Counted from the stretch's first letter, positions 34,884 to 46,898 are shown. The stretch is DNA of 52,863 bases from a virus (IMGVR_UViG_3300006929_000021:1-52863); one strand, 5' to 3'. Notes: a model not told the origin generated them from the letters alone. A program made the numbers and translations.

Positions 34884-37800
34884 TATCGTTTCTCCAGTAT
34901 TTTATCGTATGTTTTTTGGGTTTCCTGCATCCGTTTCATTATGAAAGGAAGATTTTTCAACATAGACCTTTCTGCTTTCATTATATTCTGTATACGTATT
35001 CTTTTTTCTGATCGACTTAAGTCTGTTCGTTTCTGCAATCTATCAACCACTTCCCTAACCATTGTCATTTGTCTACTATACGCATTAATAGTGTTTTGGA
35101 ATGTCAGTATCCCTTTATACTGTTCTGAATATTTATAACCCTTTATCCTATCTTCCTTCATAAAGGCGTTAGTTGATGCTGTAGCACTAGCAAGCTCTCT
35201 TTCTACATCAAATAAATCTTGCTTAAATTGACTACCTTTACGTGCATCTTCAAAGAGGTCTCCAAAAACAGGTAGGTTGGCTAGTCCTTCACCCTCAGTA
35301 TATGCTTTGTATAGTTTTCTGGGATTCGTAACGTCTATATCAAAATCAAGAGATGTTCCTACAACAGCTTTTTTATCTATGCCAGGAACCCAGCCCGACC
35401 TTAGCCCCCTATTCGTGAGCTTTGTAACATAACTCCACATTGTACCACCATAATTGTATTCCAGATATGCCACCTTTTGAGGTGATGTCAGTGTCTTTGA
35501 GTTTTTGAGTCCTGGAATCCTGTTAGCAACCTGAGCCATAAGTGTTGCTGTATCGCTAGTGTGTATGTCTCTTTGCAGTACTGGATCTTTCTGCATATCA
35601 AAGTATGAGACAATATCACCACCTTGATATCTATTTTTATTTTGCACCGCATCAATCAAAGGCTGAACTGTTTGAGGAAATAATTGGAAACTTAAACTGT
35701 GTCTTGCCTGTCTCCTTAACTCTGTAGCAGCATCGTCTATATTAAAGTTTTCGTCACCAAGGGTTAGCTCATACAGTAACTGAGGAATTACTTTATAAAA
35801 TAGGCCGACTTCAAACGGTGTTGGAGCCTTAAGCCATGCCTTATCTCCTAACGGAAGCATCCAATTGTCAAATTTTTTATCACGCCCCATATTTTTATAT
35901 TCATCATCATCGTCAAACATGTTCATAATCAGTTCATACAGAAAAGACATTGAAGCCAATTGAAGTCCACGAGCAAAAACCTTACTGAAAGCCGTATCAT
36001 ACCAAGACAGTTTTGCATACTCAGATTCGGTCATCGGCCTACCCTCTTCTACGTTCCACCTTGCTAGGCCAGGAGCATCAAACCCACCAAAAAGAGAATG
36101 ACTCCTCATTGTAACATCAAGACCCTGTAAGCGACCATTCAAAAACGGAATGGTAGCCATCCATGCACTCAGGGCAGGACTTGCACCTCTTCGGCCATAG
36201 TTCATTATCTCTAGTGCCATGTTTTGTGCTAGTGCCTTATCCCCTGTTGTAGCCAAGACCCTATCATATACTGCAAGCCTGGCAGCCGATTCTGTTTGAT
36301 CGCCCAGGGCACCTAACTGCCACCATAAGTACGCAGGGCTAAACATATTCCTCGCCCCTTCGTATTCATGCATACGTTCATATTTTTTAAACTCTCGGTT
36401 CATTGTCTCGCCAAACTTGCCAGGCTCAGATATAAAGTCGATACCTATTGATAGCCCTAGTTCTTGGGCACGAAGTCTGCTATCAGTATCCATAGCATTT
36501 CTTATAGATTCTAATATTATACCAGGATCTCCGCCAAATATAATAAAGGCCTGTAATGCATCTCTAAATACATTCTTCTGCATAAATGAGGGAGTCTTTG
36601 TAACGCTCTCCCTCAAAAACGACGCTGGCCCCATAAGAGCGTCTGCCCCTATATCCGAAACCCAGCCTTCTTGCTGTTCTTTTAATCCAAGAAACTTTTT
36701 TAGCTGACCCTTACGAGGTCCACTCTCATATCTTTGTTCTCTACCCATATTGCCCAAAGCGTCCTTCATATACTTTCTTGGATTATGTCCTGCCAACATT
36801 GCAGACATAGCAAGTTTCGTGTCGTCCAGTCTATAGAAAGCGACTTCGCCCTGCTCCATAACCCTAACAATATTTTTATCTGCCCTAGCACCTAGCTCGC
36901 CTACAGAAACTTTTGTTGCCTCCCCAAGTTCCATTGCTTCTTCTACAGTTCTAACTACACCAGTATTCATAAGTCCATCACGAACCAATGCTTGAATATT
37001 AATATTAATAGACTCAAAAATATCTTCTTTTATAGGCTCTAAGCTTCCATCTAAAGCCTTTTCGACCAGGTTTATTCCCCTTGTCCTTATATATTCTTCA
37101 GACCCAAACTCCAGACTATCCATGACACTTGACGTTTCTCTATAGAACGGCATATAATCTTCCGCAAGATACTCGTCACGTTGTCCAAGAGATATTAATC
37201 CTGTTTGATATGCAAAATTAATCATCTCATTATTGTAAGCTTGGTAGTAATCCCAAAACTTGCGAACATGTCCATTGTCTCCAAAGCTTATGATACGACC
37301 ATTTTTGTCGTATACAATCCCCGCTTCTACCTGCTTAACCGTATCATCCAATCTTTTTTGATCCCACTTTCTTATGTTTGCAGCCTTATAAGGATTTGCT
37401 GCATCATACTTAGCCCTTGCTCGCTCATATCTTTGTTCTAGCTCTGGGGTAAGCTGTGCACCCTCTGGCATCGCCTTAACCAAACCTTCTATTTCATCTA
37501 AAGTTTTCTTCTTGCTTATAATTCTTTTGGCTTCGCCATAAAGAAGTGCTAGTTGCTGATCATCTCCATCCTTGATGTTATACATAATTTGAGACAGCCC
37601 TGGGATGCGTCCATCACCACCATAAGCTTCTTCCAGGGCAGCAGAATAAACTGGGGTGTTAATGAACCGACCACCAAGTGCTGTTGTCCCTGTGTAACGC
37701 AATGGCCCCAACTTCATCAAGCCAGGCAAAAGATTCACGGCACTGTCCGCATTACGCATTGCAACAAGTGCTGATGTTTCAGCGTCTATCATAGCCGTCT

Positions 37801-40800
37801 CTCGCTTTGCCATCAGTCTTTGTGTTTGTTGCTTGGACCATTCTCTACGATCCAAATATTTATAACGAAGATTTTCTAGAACTCCATTGCGAACTATACT
37901 TTCCATCTCCTCAGGGTTACTACCTGCCCCTATCTCTCCACTTAATGGGCCATCCTTTTCTAATACATTTCTCATAGGATCACCCTTAAGCTCTTTTAAG
38001 TCTCCATCTTCAACAGCCTTTTTAACTAATGCTTGTCCAGACTCATTAAGATTGGTCTGTGATGCAAACATACCCCTGTATCTTGCAGGCATTGTATACG
38101 CCTCATTGCCGTCGAGTATTCTCATAAACTCATGGAGAGCCGTCTTAACAGACTCTTTGTTCTCCATGCTAGGCATACCCATTAGTGGAACACTGGAGCC
38201 ATGTGCATTCTTAATTAATTCCGCCTGTTTCTCAACATTGCCTACCAACTCTTTCAGAGTGCCCTCAAACCCTGTTGCCTCTTGTGCGTGGCCTGAGATT
38301 TCTCTTGCAGTATTAAGGATATCATCTGAAATTTTATCAACAACCTTCTGATGCTGTAGCTTTTCTTCAGAAGTTTTTGCTTTATTCAATCGCTCTATAG
38401 CTTCACGAAGATTGGCCTTGTTTTCGGGACTTGCATACTGCGTCAGCCTCATAGATCTAATAGACTCTGGAGCAGCTTTTGCTTGCTCACCTTCATAGCC
38501 CTCACCACGCCTTCCTATATTGCCACCCCGAATATTGTTAAAAATCTTTACTACATCATCAAGGCCTGAGTCTTTAGCAGCACCGATCACGCCTAAAAAA
38601 TATTTATTAACTTTATTTTTAATAGCACCGATTGCACCCGATGCTTTATTTGTTGGAATGTTACCCATAGATAAGTGTGTAAGCATATCAACAACTGCTT
38701 CAGCCTCTATGTCTGCTTGATTTAATCCAGATCCAGCAGTTTCTAAAACTTTTTTCTCAACCCAAGTTATACCTTCATTGTGCATTTCCGCATTGACTTT
38801 TTCAGGCACAATATTATTTCGTATATAATCCCAAAGAATACCCCGTTCTGATGGACTATAATTGTCACGTACATCTAAGGAGTGAAGCCCTGCCTGAAAC
38901 GCTTTTTCTTTAATAATTTCAGAAGCATCTAGTACGCCATCAGGATCAATATTAGCCAAGTTAATTAATATTCTACCGCCAACCGTATCATACATTGCCA
39001 CCCTGGTATCCATCTCAGGCACATTGTTGATACCAACCTCGTCCAACGCTTGGAACACGCCACCAAATTCATCTACAAATTCAACGTCCAATCCTCTTGT
39101 AACATTAAAATCATCTAATATAGTTCGTACTTCGTTTTTAAAAAGATCATACGTCTGTCTTACACGACCCATATAATTACTACGAAGGCCGTGAAGGCCG
39201 TCCTGTAGGCTAACTGGCAGCAATCCTTTCCTAACTAGAGCACGGGCAATAACTCGTCCTTGTTTGCCTTCTAGTAGTGACAAGAATGAATCACGGCTTG
39301 GTTGCATATCTTTTGCGATAGATGCCCCCACACTACCTAAAAGACCTAATCTTTTTAATTCACTTTTGCCTGTCATCTTGCTCAATTCACCAGCAAACTG
39401 TTTAACAAAAGCTTCTTTATTTAAAACGGGTTCATTATTTTCTCTTGCTCTTTCGTTGTATGCTTCTAATAAATCATCAACGGTATCTGTAGTATCTTCA
39501 GATAAAAGTTCACGCTCTAGTGCTATTGTATCTACAAGCCTGTTCCAATCTAAATCTTCACGCCTTTGTCTACTTAATGGAGTAGGCAACGGTTCATTTC
39601 TTGGTGGATTTATTTCGTTAACTAAAACATTACTACCATTTGCAGTTAACACCCCTGTTTCTACAAGACCAGCTATGGCTTCATCAAACGCACTATTGTT
39701 AAATGTAGCACCCCTTCGCCTTATAGCATCACCAAGAGCTTTCTCTATATCTGCTATAGAAACACCAAGGTCTGGATCAAATCCTCTAACAACATCACCT
39801 CCCTCTATATCTGCTCGCCTTATAGCATCACCAATAGCTTCCTCGGTAACAACAGTTTCCTCTATGGCACCTATACCCTGCTGGTTTTGAGCAACAAGCT
39901 TCAAAATAGGCTGATAAAGCCTTTCTACTTCTGGATTCTTATAAAAATTAGGCAAATATACAGGATCAAATGTTTCGACAAAGCCTGCCATTTGTTTATT
40001 ACGATCTACAAAGGCATAGTTAGGTGCTAACTGTACAAGCCTTGAATACATTAGGTATCGTTGGGCTTCACTAGCCTCACTCCAACTACGAGCACCAGTT
40101 AAATCCCGAAGCAATCTCCTAAAAGGAGTGCTATTTACACCTGATGCTGGTCGTCCATCCAGTAAACTTCTCATCAAAACAGGATCACGAAGTTTGATAT
40201 TTTTTATAGCTAATAGTTTTTCTATATCTGATTCAGTTGTACCCCTGCTAGGATTGTAGTTGTCATAAAATTCTTTGATAACTTCTATCTGCCCATCTTC
40301 TCTAATTGGCACCGCAGATTCTCCGACTGAAAAATATCTATCTTGAGTGCCAATCCATGTAGCCACATCAGATTGAGCCTTAAGAGCAAACATTTGATTA
40401 AGAACACCATCAGCCCTTTCTTCACTTGCAAATAACCTAGTAAGACCAATAGCATCCAAGGCAGAAAATTCTTTAGAATGTGTTGGATACTTTGCGGTCA
40501 GTCTTTTGATGGTTCCAGCATCTTCTAGTTCTGCTCTAATTTCTGCAACAGTTTTATCGGGATCAGCGTCCTGTAATCGCTTAGCAGCGTCAGCAACCTT
40601 ATCAGCTAACTCTTGTTTATTCTCGTCTGCCTTGCCTTGAAGCCTTCCAATACGATCAGCCATTCCATTAAGCCAAAAATAAAATCGCTGTGGATTTTGA
40701 AATCCAAGTTTTTCTGCACCTGCTTGAGCAACTGACGGGTCGTTCATAACGGCCTGTCTTAGTGCCTGTATGTTGTTATTAATAGTTTGTAAATAAAGAT

Positions 40801-42724
40801 CTGATCTCTGTTGGGTTAACTGAGAAACTTCAGAAAATACAGTTCTACGTACTTCATTTAATTTTTCTAGGTTTACTGGAGCAATCTTACTCCACTCTTC
40901 ATCTGATACCTTTTGCCCAGTAGACTCTTCAAAGCGTTGTCTTGTAAACGGTATACCTTTCTGGGCCTCCACTTCCTGGTTATTTAGTTCTTCTATCCTA
41001 GCTTCAATTTCTGCTAACGCATTTGCATTTTCACCCAGGTAGGGCAACTTAAAGTTGCCAAGGCTAATCCCTTCCGATGGATCAATTCCACCAAACAAGT
41101 AAGAAGATATAGTAGGTGCTTCATAGTTTGCTGTGTTTGAAGAAGAATAGTTGGCATCTGCCCCTGACGCTCCAAGGTCTGCTATCCTTGAAGGGTCTAC
41201 TCCAACACCTCCATGTACACCAAGGTTTTCAGCATTCTTATATTTACCCGCAAGACCATAATTACCGCCTTCTAGTTCACTAATAAACAACGCTACTTCT
41301 TCAGGACTAGCTGCAGCAGCTGTTGCTCGTTCTATAATATCTGGGAAGCCCATACTCTCGGCTTCTTCTATATCATTAGCCTTGTTTTGATTGTATAAGG
41401 GAACATTTTGTAGGCCACCCTGCGTAGGACTTTCTGCAATTATATCTCTAATTTCAAATAATCTTTGTAAACGAGGTTGCATGATCTGGGTAACAACGCC
41501 TTGGGCATCTACAAACTGTTGCTTGTCCTGACCTGAGGCACCATCTTCGTTGACCTTCAACTCTTCCATCAACTTCTGGGTAGAGTTTCTTGTTTGGCCA
41601 ATTAACCTATCTAAAGTAAACTGATCTACATTACCTTGACGTAGTACACTCTCCATGCCAAATGGAAGTGCAGCATCCTGGCCACCCAAGGATCGTAGAA
41701 TATCATCTGCAAGGCCCTGAGTTACAGTAGTGCCTTCACCTATAATAGATTCTAGATCTGATGTAATAGAGTTGGGATCAATAATTTTGAAGGCTTCACG
41801 TGCTGCAGATTTATTTCTGTATTGACCTTGACGCAACACCTCTTCCATCTGTTGGTCCATTCCATATGGATTAATATATTTAGCATATTTACCAAGAAGT
41901 ATTCTCTGCGTAGCATTTGCTATTCCACCAACAATACCACCAATCTTAGCCTCTTCCATGGACGCACCAATAACATTGTCCATTGCGTCATCATCATATA
42001 TCCATCTGGCAGCCGTAGACTGGGCTGCTTGTGCCATTCCTTCTTGCAACCCTTCAAGGCCTACACTTCCAAGTATCGAAGTAAAAGCCTTTTTTTGAGT
42101 ACCTGCATTTATATCTCGTATCATGTCACCGAAACGACCCCTTCCAGCTAACTGCATAGGAGTCAATTGTTCACTAAGACCTATGCTAGCCCCTATTAAA
42201 TGCATTGTACTTTCTTTCCACCAGGGTACATCTACACCAGTACGCTTTTCGTACTCAGCAATCCTTCGCATGGACTCTGACATATTTAAAGAGATACCAG
42301 TCAGCCTAGATGCAAGAGTGCCCCACGGACCTAGAAAATGTAGCCCACTCATCACTCCGACCTGGCCGAGACCCATACCTACAGCTTGTGATGTAGCGTA
42401 ATTAGGGTCTCTTTCTCGTGCCTTTTTTTCTGCCGCTTCACGAAGTCGTTGCTCTATCGGGAGATCAACTCCAGGTGTAACAACGCCAATAGCACTCTGT
42501 GCAAATGACGATGCTATCTGCGGGATAGCCTCCACGGTAGATGTAACCGCTGCACCAATGCCCCCGAAAGGATTATCCCAGAAGTTTTTTGTATCAACAT
42601 CAGGAGTAGCAGATTGGGGGGTACCATAAATTAAGTCTATGGCATCACGTTGCCTTTGTGCTTTAGCTGGATCTGATGAAAATGTTACGTATCTCCCATC
42701 AGGTAGCCTAATTTGCTGAGGCAT
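34883..42724 (-). CDS. giant internal virion / polyvalent protein with C-terminal LPD38-like region
   Basis: 2613 aa; IPFLNGRLQG, WLKAPTPFEVG and PLIDAVQNKNRYQG motifs resemble LPD38; located after other ejection-protein genes. Confidence 0.7.
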   Translation of the reverse strand: MPQQIRLPDGRYVTFSSDPAKAQRQRDAIDLIYGTPQSATPDVDTKNFWDNPFGGIGAAVTSTVEAIPQIASSFAQSAIGVVTPGVDLPIEQRLREAAEKKARERDPNYATSQAVGMGLGQVGVMSGLHFLGPWGTLASRLTGISLNMSESMRRIAEYEKRTGVDVPWWKESTMHLIGASIGLSEQLTPMQLAGRGRFGDMIRDINAGTQKKAFTSILGSVGLEGLQEGMAQAAQSTAARWIYDDDAMDNVIGASMEEAKIGGIVGGIANATQRILLGKYAKYINPYGMDQQMEEVLRQGQYRNKSAAREAFKIIDPNSITSDLESIIGEGTTVTQGLADDILRSLGGQDAALPFGMESVLRQGNVDQFTLDRLIGQTRNSTQKLMEELKVNEDGASGQDKQQFVDAQGVVTQIMQPRLQRLFEIRDIIAESPTQGGLQNVPLYNQNKANDIEEAESMGFPDIIERATAAAASPEEVALFISELEGGNYGLAGKYKNAENLGVHGGVGVDPSRIADLGASGADANYSSSNTANYEAPTISSYLFGGIDPSEGISLGNFKLPYLGENANALAEIEARIEELNNQEVEAQKGIPFTRQRFEESTGQKVSDEEWSKIAPVNLEKLNEVRRTVFSEVSQLTQQRSDLYLQTINNNIQALRQAVMNDPSVAQAGAEKLGFQNPQRFYFWLNGMADRIGRLQGKADENKQELADKVADAAKRLQDADPDKTVAEIRAELEDAGTIKRLTAKYPTHSKEFSALDAIGLTRLFASEERADGVLNQMFALKAQSDVATWIGTQDRYFSVGESAVPIREDGQIEVIKEFYDNYNPSRGTTESDIEKLLAIKNIKLRDPVLMRSLLDGRPASGVNSTPFRRLLRDLTGARSWSEASEAQRYLMYSRLVQLAPNYAFVDRNKQMAGFVETFDPVYLPNFYKNPEVERLYQPILKLVAQNQQGIGAIEETVVTEEAIGDAIRRADIEGGDVVRGFDPDLGVSIADIEKALGDAIRRRGATFNNSAFDEAIAGLVETGVLTANGSNVLVNEINPPRNEPLPTPLSRQRREDLDWNRLVDTIALERELLSEDTTDTVDDLLEAYNERARENNEPVLNKEAFVKQFAGELSKMTGKSELKRLGLLGSVGASIAKDMQPSRDSFLSLLEGKQGRVIARALVRKGLLPVSLQDGLHGLRSNYMGRVRQTYDLFKNEVRTILDDFNVTRGLDVEFVDEFGGVFQALDEVGINNVPEMDTRVAMYDTVGGRILINLANIDPDGVLDASEIIKEKAFQAGLHSLDVRDNYSPSERGILWDYIRNNIVPEKVNAEMHNEGITWVEKKVLETAGSGLNQADIEAEAVVDMLTHLSMGNIPTNKASGAIGAIKNKVNKYFLGVIGAAKDSGLDDVVKIFNNIRGGNIGRRGEGYEGEQAKAAPESIRSMRLTQYASPENKANLREAIERLNKAKTSEEKLQHQKVVDKISDDILNTAREISGHAQEATGFEGTLKELVGNVEKQAELIKNAHGSSVPLMGMPSMENKESVKTALHEFMRILDGNEAYTMPARYRGMFASQTNLNESGQALVKKAVEDGDLKELKGDPMRNVLEKDGPLSGEIGAGSNPEEMESIVRNGVLENLRYKYLDRREWSKQQTQRLMAKRETAMIDAETSALVAMRNADSAVNLLPGLMKLGPLRYTGTTALGGRFINTPVYSAALEEAYGGDGRIPGLSQIMYNIKDGDDQQLALLYGEAKRIISKKKTLDEIEGLVKAMPEGAQLTPELEQRYERARAKYDAANPYKAANIRKWDQKRLDDTVKQVEAGIVYDKNGRIISFGDNGHVRKFWDYYQAYNNEMINFAYQTGLISLGQRDEYLAEDYMPFYRETSSVMDSLEFGSEEYIRTRGINLVEKALDGSLEPIKEDIFESININIQALVRDGLMNTGVVRTVEEAMELGEATKVSVGELGARADKNIVRVMEQGEVAFYRLDDTKLAMSAMLAGHNPRKYMKDALGNMGREQRYESGPRKGQLKKFLGLKEQQEGWVSDIGADALMGPASFLRESVTKTPSFMQKNVFRDALQAFIIFGGDPGIILESIRNAMDTDSRLRAQELGLSIGIDFISEPGKFGETMNREFKKYERMHEYEGARNMFSPAYLWWQLGALGDQTESAARLAVYDRVLATTGDKALAQNMALEIMNYGRRGASPALSAWMATIPFLNGRLQGLDVTMRSHSLFGGFDAPGLARWNVEEGRPMTESEYAKLSWYDTAFSKVFARGLQLASMSFLYELIMNMFDDDDEYKNMGRDKKFDNWMLPLGDKAWLKAPTPFEVGLFYKVIPQLLYELTLGDENFNIDDAATELRRQARHSLSFQLFPQTVQPLIDAVQNKNRYQGGDIVSYFDMQKDPVLQRDIHTSDTATLMAQVANRIPGLKNSKTLTSPQKVAYLEYNYGGTMWSYVTKLTNRGLRSGWVPGIDKKAVVGTSLDFDIDVTNPRKLYKAYTEGEGLANLPVFGDLFEDARKGSQFKQDLFDVERELASATASTNAFMKEDRIKGYKYSEQYKGILTFQNTINAYSRQMTMVREVVDRLQKRTDLSRSEKRIRIQNIMKAERSMLKNLPFIMKRMQETQKTYDKILEKR

Positions 42725-42743
42725 ATATGCTCCCTAAAATAGT

Positions 42744-45308
42744 TTAATTTCTTTTCAGAAACCTATGTCGCAACTGGGGATCATCCAAACTAGACCGTGG
42801 TATGGATGGTAATCCTGGAACCGTACTAACGATTGGTTTGGACGACGGTAACGTATATGGCCATTCGTTGATAGAGGTTTCCCTCTCACGCTTTCCTACC
42901 CTGGCCATTGCAGCATCCCAAGCGTCAGCTTCTGCCATTCTGCGTGGATAGTTTAGGTCTGCATTATCCCCTGCTAAGTCCCTCATAGCGTCCCCCATAG
43001 CGTCCCAATCGCCTTCTCGTAGTGCAACGGCAATGGGCCTGTTTCCCCTGAAATCCTTATGGTTCACGCCATAGTTCCACACTACGGAAACCAACTGTGC
43101 TTGAGCCGAAGGAGGCAATTGATTCCAGGCTCCCGCTGGCAGTAATCTTATTAATCCTGGAAGCATCTGTTCTCTAAGCTGCCTGTCAGCAGAGGCTAAC
43201 AATTGCTCATCGGTGAAATCCATATCTTCTGTTACAGTCACGGGAGGGCCAGTCGGAGGCCAATATTGCTTCTGTCCTAATCCAATAGCTAACCCAGTAT
43301 TTACCCATTCTCCATCGCTATCCTTACTCCAATCTATGTAAGGCGTAATTTCAAATTTCTCATGCTGCCTTATGGTGTCAGCAAAAGAAGTGAAATCGCC
43401 TGACTCTGCTTGTCCTGGCCCTGACGCTCCTGGCCCTGACGCTCCTGGCAAACTTGTTATACCACCAGTGCCACCCAGACTACCCTGCTCTCCCATCATT
43501 TGCTCAAGTATTCCTCTGAACCACACATTATATTCATCGTACCTATTGTCCTGCTCTTCTGGCACATCACTTAACCCCATAGTTTCCAAGGCCAAAATAT
43601 TTGCCTCCTGCCTCATCTTTTCCAGGTCAGAAGCTGACCATTGTCCTGCAGCCCTTGCTTGTGCTTGTGCAGCTTGGACCCTGCTGAAGGCATCCAGAGC
43701 TTGCCTATAGTTTTGCCCTGATTCCGATACTTGTGCCGCCCAGACTGGAGCCATAACAGCATCACCCGCATGACTTATTGCTGAATCTCTTTCTGCCATA
43801 CCTATATTGGTACTAGCCATCATGTTTTCTAATTCAAGATTTTTTCTACTAACTGTATCTTCGTGTGCCATCATCCGCTCTAGTGTGCCTTCCAATCCCC
43901 CAGTGACACTGCCCCGTCTGTTAGCGTCACTACCAACAAGTGCTTGAGCAAGGCTATCCAATGCTATATTCAGTGTGTCGCTTTTAAGATCTTCAGGAGA
44001 AGTTACAAACCCACCCAAGGTATCAACAAAAGCTTTGGATTGTTTATCGTACTCAAGATCCCCCGCAGTCTTTGTTGTTAAATTTGTTTGTATCTCTCTC
44101 ATGCCTGATTCGTAGGCGTCTAACGCCTCCTGACTTCGTGCATCTATAGGTCCTAGTATATCATCTAATCCTTGTCCTCCGTCACGACCAGTACCAGGAG
44201 TCGCCATCCTTGCTATTTCCGCTTCCGCAGCCTTAAGCCGATGATCATGCATTATTTTATCGACCAACTCCATAGCTCTGGGATTGTTTGCATCTGTAAT
44301 CTCATCATCACCCGCAATCGTGGATAAGCCAGCTATACCCGCAGTGCCTGCTATCCAGGGGAATGCTTCCTTAAGTTTATCTCGCCAAGTCTTGTTTCTG
44401 CTAAAGTTTATCCCACCACTAGCACCACTGCCACGACCAGGCACATGTACCACACCTGTACCAGGTGTGCGTGGAACCAGGGCTGTACTAGGTTTACGTC
44501 TGACCACATCAACTGGATTTCTTACTCTAGCAGGTACACCTCTAACAATTGGAACTAGTTCCCTCCCCCTCCCAACCCCCCTCTCAACAATTTCCCTCAA
44601 TACGCCACCCCTTCCCGTTTCTCCCAGCCATGCACGGTTACCTAGGTAATCTTTAACCCGTTCAGGCGTAGCATATGGATTTTTTAAGCTTTTTGTAACC
44701 ATTTCGGGTAATCTTTTCAGTCTTCCAAGTCCACCACGTCCTATCCAGTCAGGAACTACACCTGTATCTATACCTTCCGCCCATTCATCATAATCAGCTA
44801 ACCAGTCTTCATAATCTTGGCTTTCACGACCAGGCATTCCCGACAGCATTTCATTGATTAAATAGTCTATACCACCCCTTCTAAAAATAGTGGGAGGAGG
44901 ATCTGAATATCCCTGTGCTTCTCCACCATCTTGCAAGCCAATTAGACCACCATAGGAAGCAGTTTGCACAGCACCTTGCATACCCTGGCCTTGCATACCC
45001 TGGCCTGGTACACCCTGACCTTGTTGTGACTTAGCTACAATCTGTGAAAGAATGTCTGGCTGAGGTGTAGGAGGTAATCCTAACTCTCTATTCTTTTCTT
45101 CTTGGGCTTCTATTTGATCTTGAACAGCTTTTTGTTCAGTAAACCTATTTCTTATACCCAATTCTGCACCAGCAGTTAATTGACCTATTAAGTCTGTAGC
45201 AGAGTCATATGGAGCAGGAGGAGGATTACCTTGAGCTACTGCCTGTAAAACAGAAGTCGGAGCGTTAGATGCTAGTTCTGCTCTTTGTGCAAAAGAAAGT
45301 ATAGCCAT
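42744..45308 (-). CDS. internal virion protein with C-terminal GH24 lysozyme-like domain
   Basis: IRQHE...PYID...AIGLG...LVSVVWNYG...RRMAEA. Confidence 0.7.
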   Translation of the reverse strand: MAILSFAQRAELASNAPTSVLQAVAQGNPPPAPYDSATDLIGQLTAGAELGIRNRFTEQKAVQDQIEAQEEKNRELGLPPTPQPDILSQIVAKSQQGQGVPGQGMQGQGMQGAVQTASYGGLIGLQDGGEAQGYSDPPPTIFRRGGIDYLINEMLSGMPGRESQDYEDWLADYDEWAEGIDTGVVPDWIGRGGLGRLKRLPEMVTKSLKNPYATPERVKDYLGNRAWLGETGRGGVLREIVERGVGRGRELVPIVRGVPARVRNPVDVVRRKPSTALVPRTPGTGVVHVPGRGSGASGGINFSRNKTWRDKLKEAFPWIAGTAGIAGLSTIAGDDEITDANNPRAMELVDKIMHDHRLKAAEAEIARMATPGTGRDGGQGLDDILGPIDARSQEALDAYESGMREIQTNLTTKTAGDLEYDKQSKAFVDTLGGFVTSPEDLKSDTLNIALDSLAQALVGSDANRRGSVTGGLEGTLERMMAHEDTVSRKNLELENMMASTNIGMAERDSAISHAGDAVMAPVWAAQVSESGQNYRQALDAFSRVQAAQAQARAAGQWSASDLEKMRQEANILALETMGLSDVPEEQDNRYDEYNVWFRGILEQMMGEQGSLGGTGGITSLPGASGPGASGPGQAESGDFTSFADTIRQHEKFEITPYIDWSKDSDGEWVNTGLAIGLGQKQYWPPTGPPVTVTEDMDFTDEQLLASADRQLREQMLPGLIRLLPAGAWNQLPPSAQAQLVSVVWNYGVNHKDFRGNRPIAVALREGDWDAMGDAMRDLAGDNADLNYPRRMAEADAWDAAMARVGKRERETSINEWPYTLPSSKPIVSTVPGLPSIPRSSLDDPQLRHRFLKRN

Positions 45309-46898
45309 TAGCTTTGTCCCCCATTACCTGTTTTTCCGCCATTCTGCATCTGGTTCCATAACGTTAAGCCCTGCACACCTGCACCCGCAAGTGCATTCCA
45401 AGGGCTTGGCTGACCAGAATACTGTGTGGTCTGTTGAATGTTTTGATATGGAAGTCTACCCATCGCATCAAGTTGCCAGTTAATATTCTGGCGATTCTGA
45501 TTCTGTTGGTTCTGCCAATCTTGATAACCCATATTCATTGACTGTTGCTGTAACCCTCTTTGCTGGGCACCGACGTTCTGCATAGCATTCAGCCTTTGTA
45601 ATTGCTGTGCCTGTTGTTGCTGCCCAAGCTGTGCTTGTCTTGTTCCCAGGCCACCCATTTGAGATCCTAGTGCACCCATCTGCTGTAATGCACCCTGCTG
45701 TGCCCCTAGTGCACCCATCTGTTGACCCATCGCTGACAATTGATTCTGCTGTCCAGCCATCTTAGCAGCCCTGTCAGCTTGGAATGCCTGTTGTGCATTT
45801 GCGAATGCATCTTGTTGTGACTTCCCAATAATATCAGCAGCTTGTTGTGAAGTATCTCTAGCTATCTGTCCAGCTTGAACACCTTCCCTCATTCCACCTA
45901 AATTGCCAGAGGCTGTAGCCTGGGCACCAAGCTCTTCACCCTGCATTTTTTGGAACTCTGCTAATTGTGCTAATTGTGGGTCTGTAACACCTTTGGTGTA
46001 CTGAGACATATAATTACTCATATCAGCACCGCTTTGTTGAGCAGGATCACCCATCGACGCTCCTAGTCCACCAAACTGCCCACTCATTGCACCATAGGCT
46101 GGCATCAACGAACCTATTCCCTGTGCCGCACTACCCATCATCCGCCCCGCTTGACCCATCGTTCCCCCAGCTTGCTGAGTACCTTGTGGCCCACCAGACA
46201 TTCCGTAGTTAACTATACCCTGCTGTGCTATAGCCTCAGGCCCAGTAAATCCAGCAATTCTTTGTCCACCATACTGTTGGTAGGGTCGCTGTCCTTCTTG
46301 TACAACTCTATCAGTTAAATCTGCATACTGTTGTCCAACCGCTGGATTAACCGTAGAAGCAGTAACTGTCGTTTCATCTGCGGCCATATCACCATCTGCA
46401 TATCCAGGAATAGCACCACCCTTGAATGCTCTAGGTAGTACTTCAATAGGATTTTCTTCCCAAAACTTTCGTGCGGACCTTTCCCTAAGACGTTCTTTTA
46501 TTTTCTCACGTAACCAACCAAGACCTCGAAGACCTCGCTTCAAAGGATGTTCTGGCACCTGGATGCCTTTAATACGTTCATATAGACCATGTCCGACTGG
46601 TTCACCGATAGGCGGAAGTTCTTCATTTATTAAATCCTCTATATCGACACCAGTAAGACCTCGTGGCATAGGTACATCTTGTTTGAAATCTCTCATAGGA
46701 TCAAAATCTTTATAGATCAAATCCGACGCACGCAGATTACTTCTGCCTTGTGGGCCTCTTTGCTTTGCTCTTAAGAGTGTTGCAACATCAAGTTCATCAA
46801 AACTCCCTGGGTAAGGATGTATTGGTGATCCATCAGGGTTGTATGCACCCTCAAGATCTGTAAGACCACCTCTTTGGTATCCAGGATAATATTTTTTC

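Noticed and set aside
34883-42724. N4-like virion RNA polymerase
   Set aside because: No recognisable polymerase catalytic motifs; the C-terminus fits an LPD38-like protein
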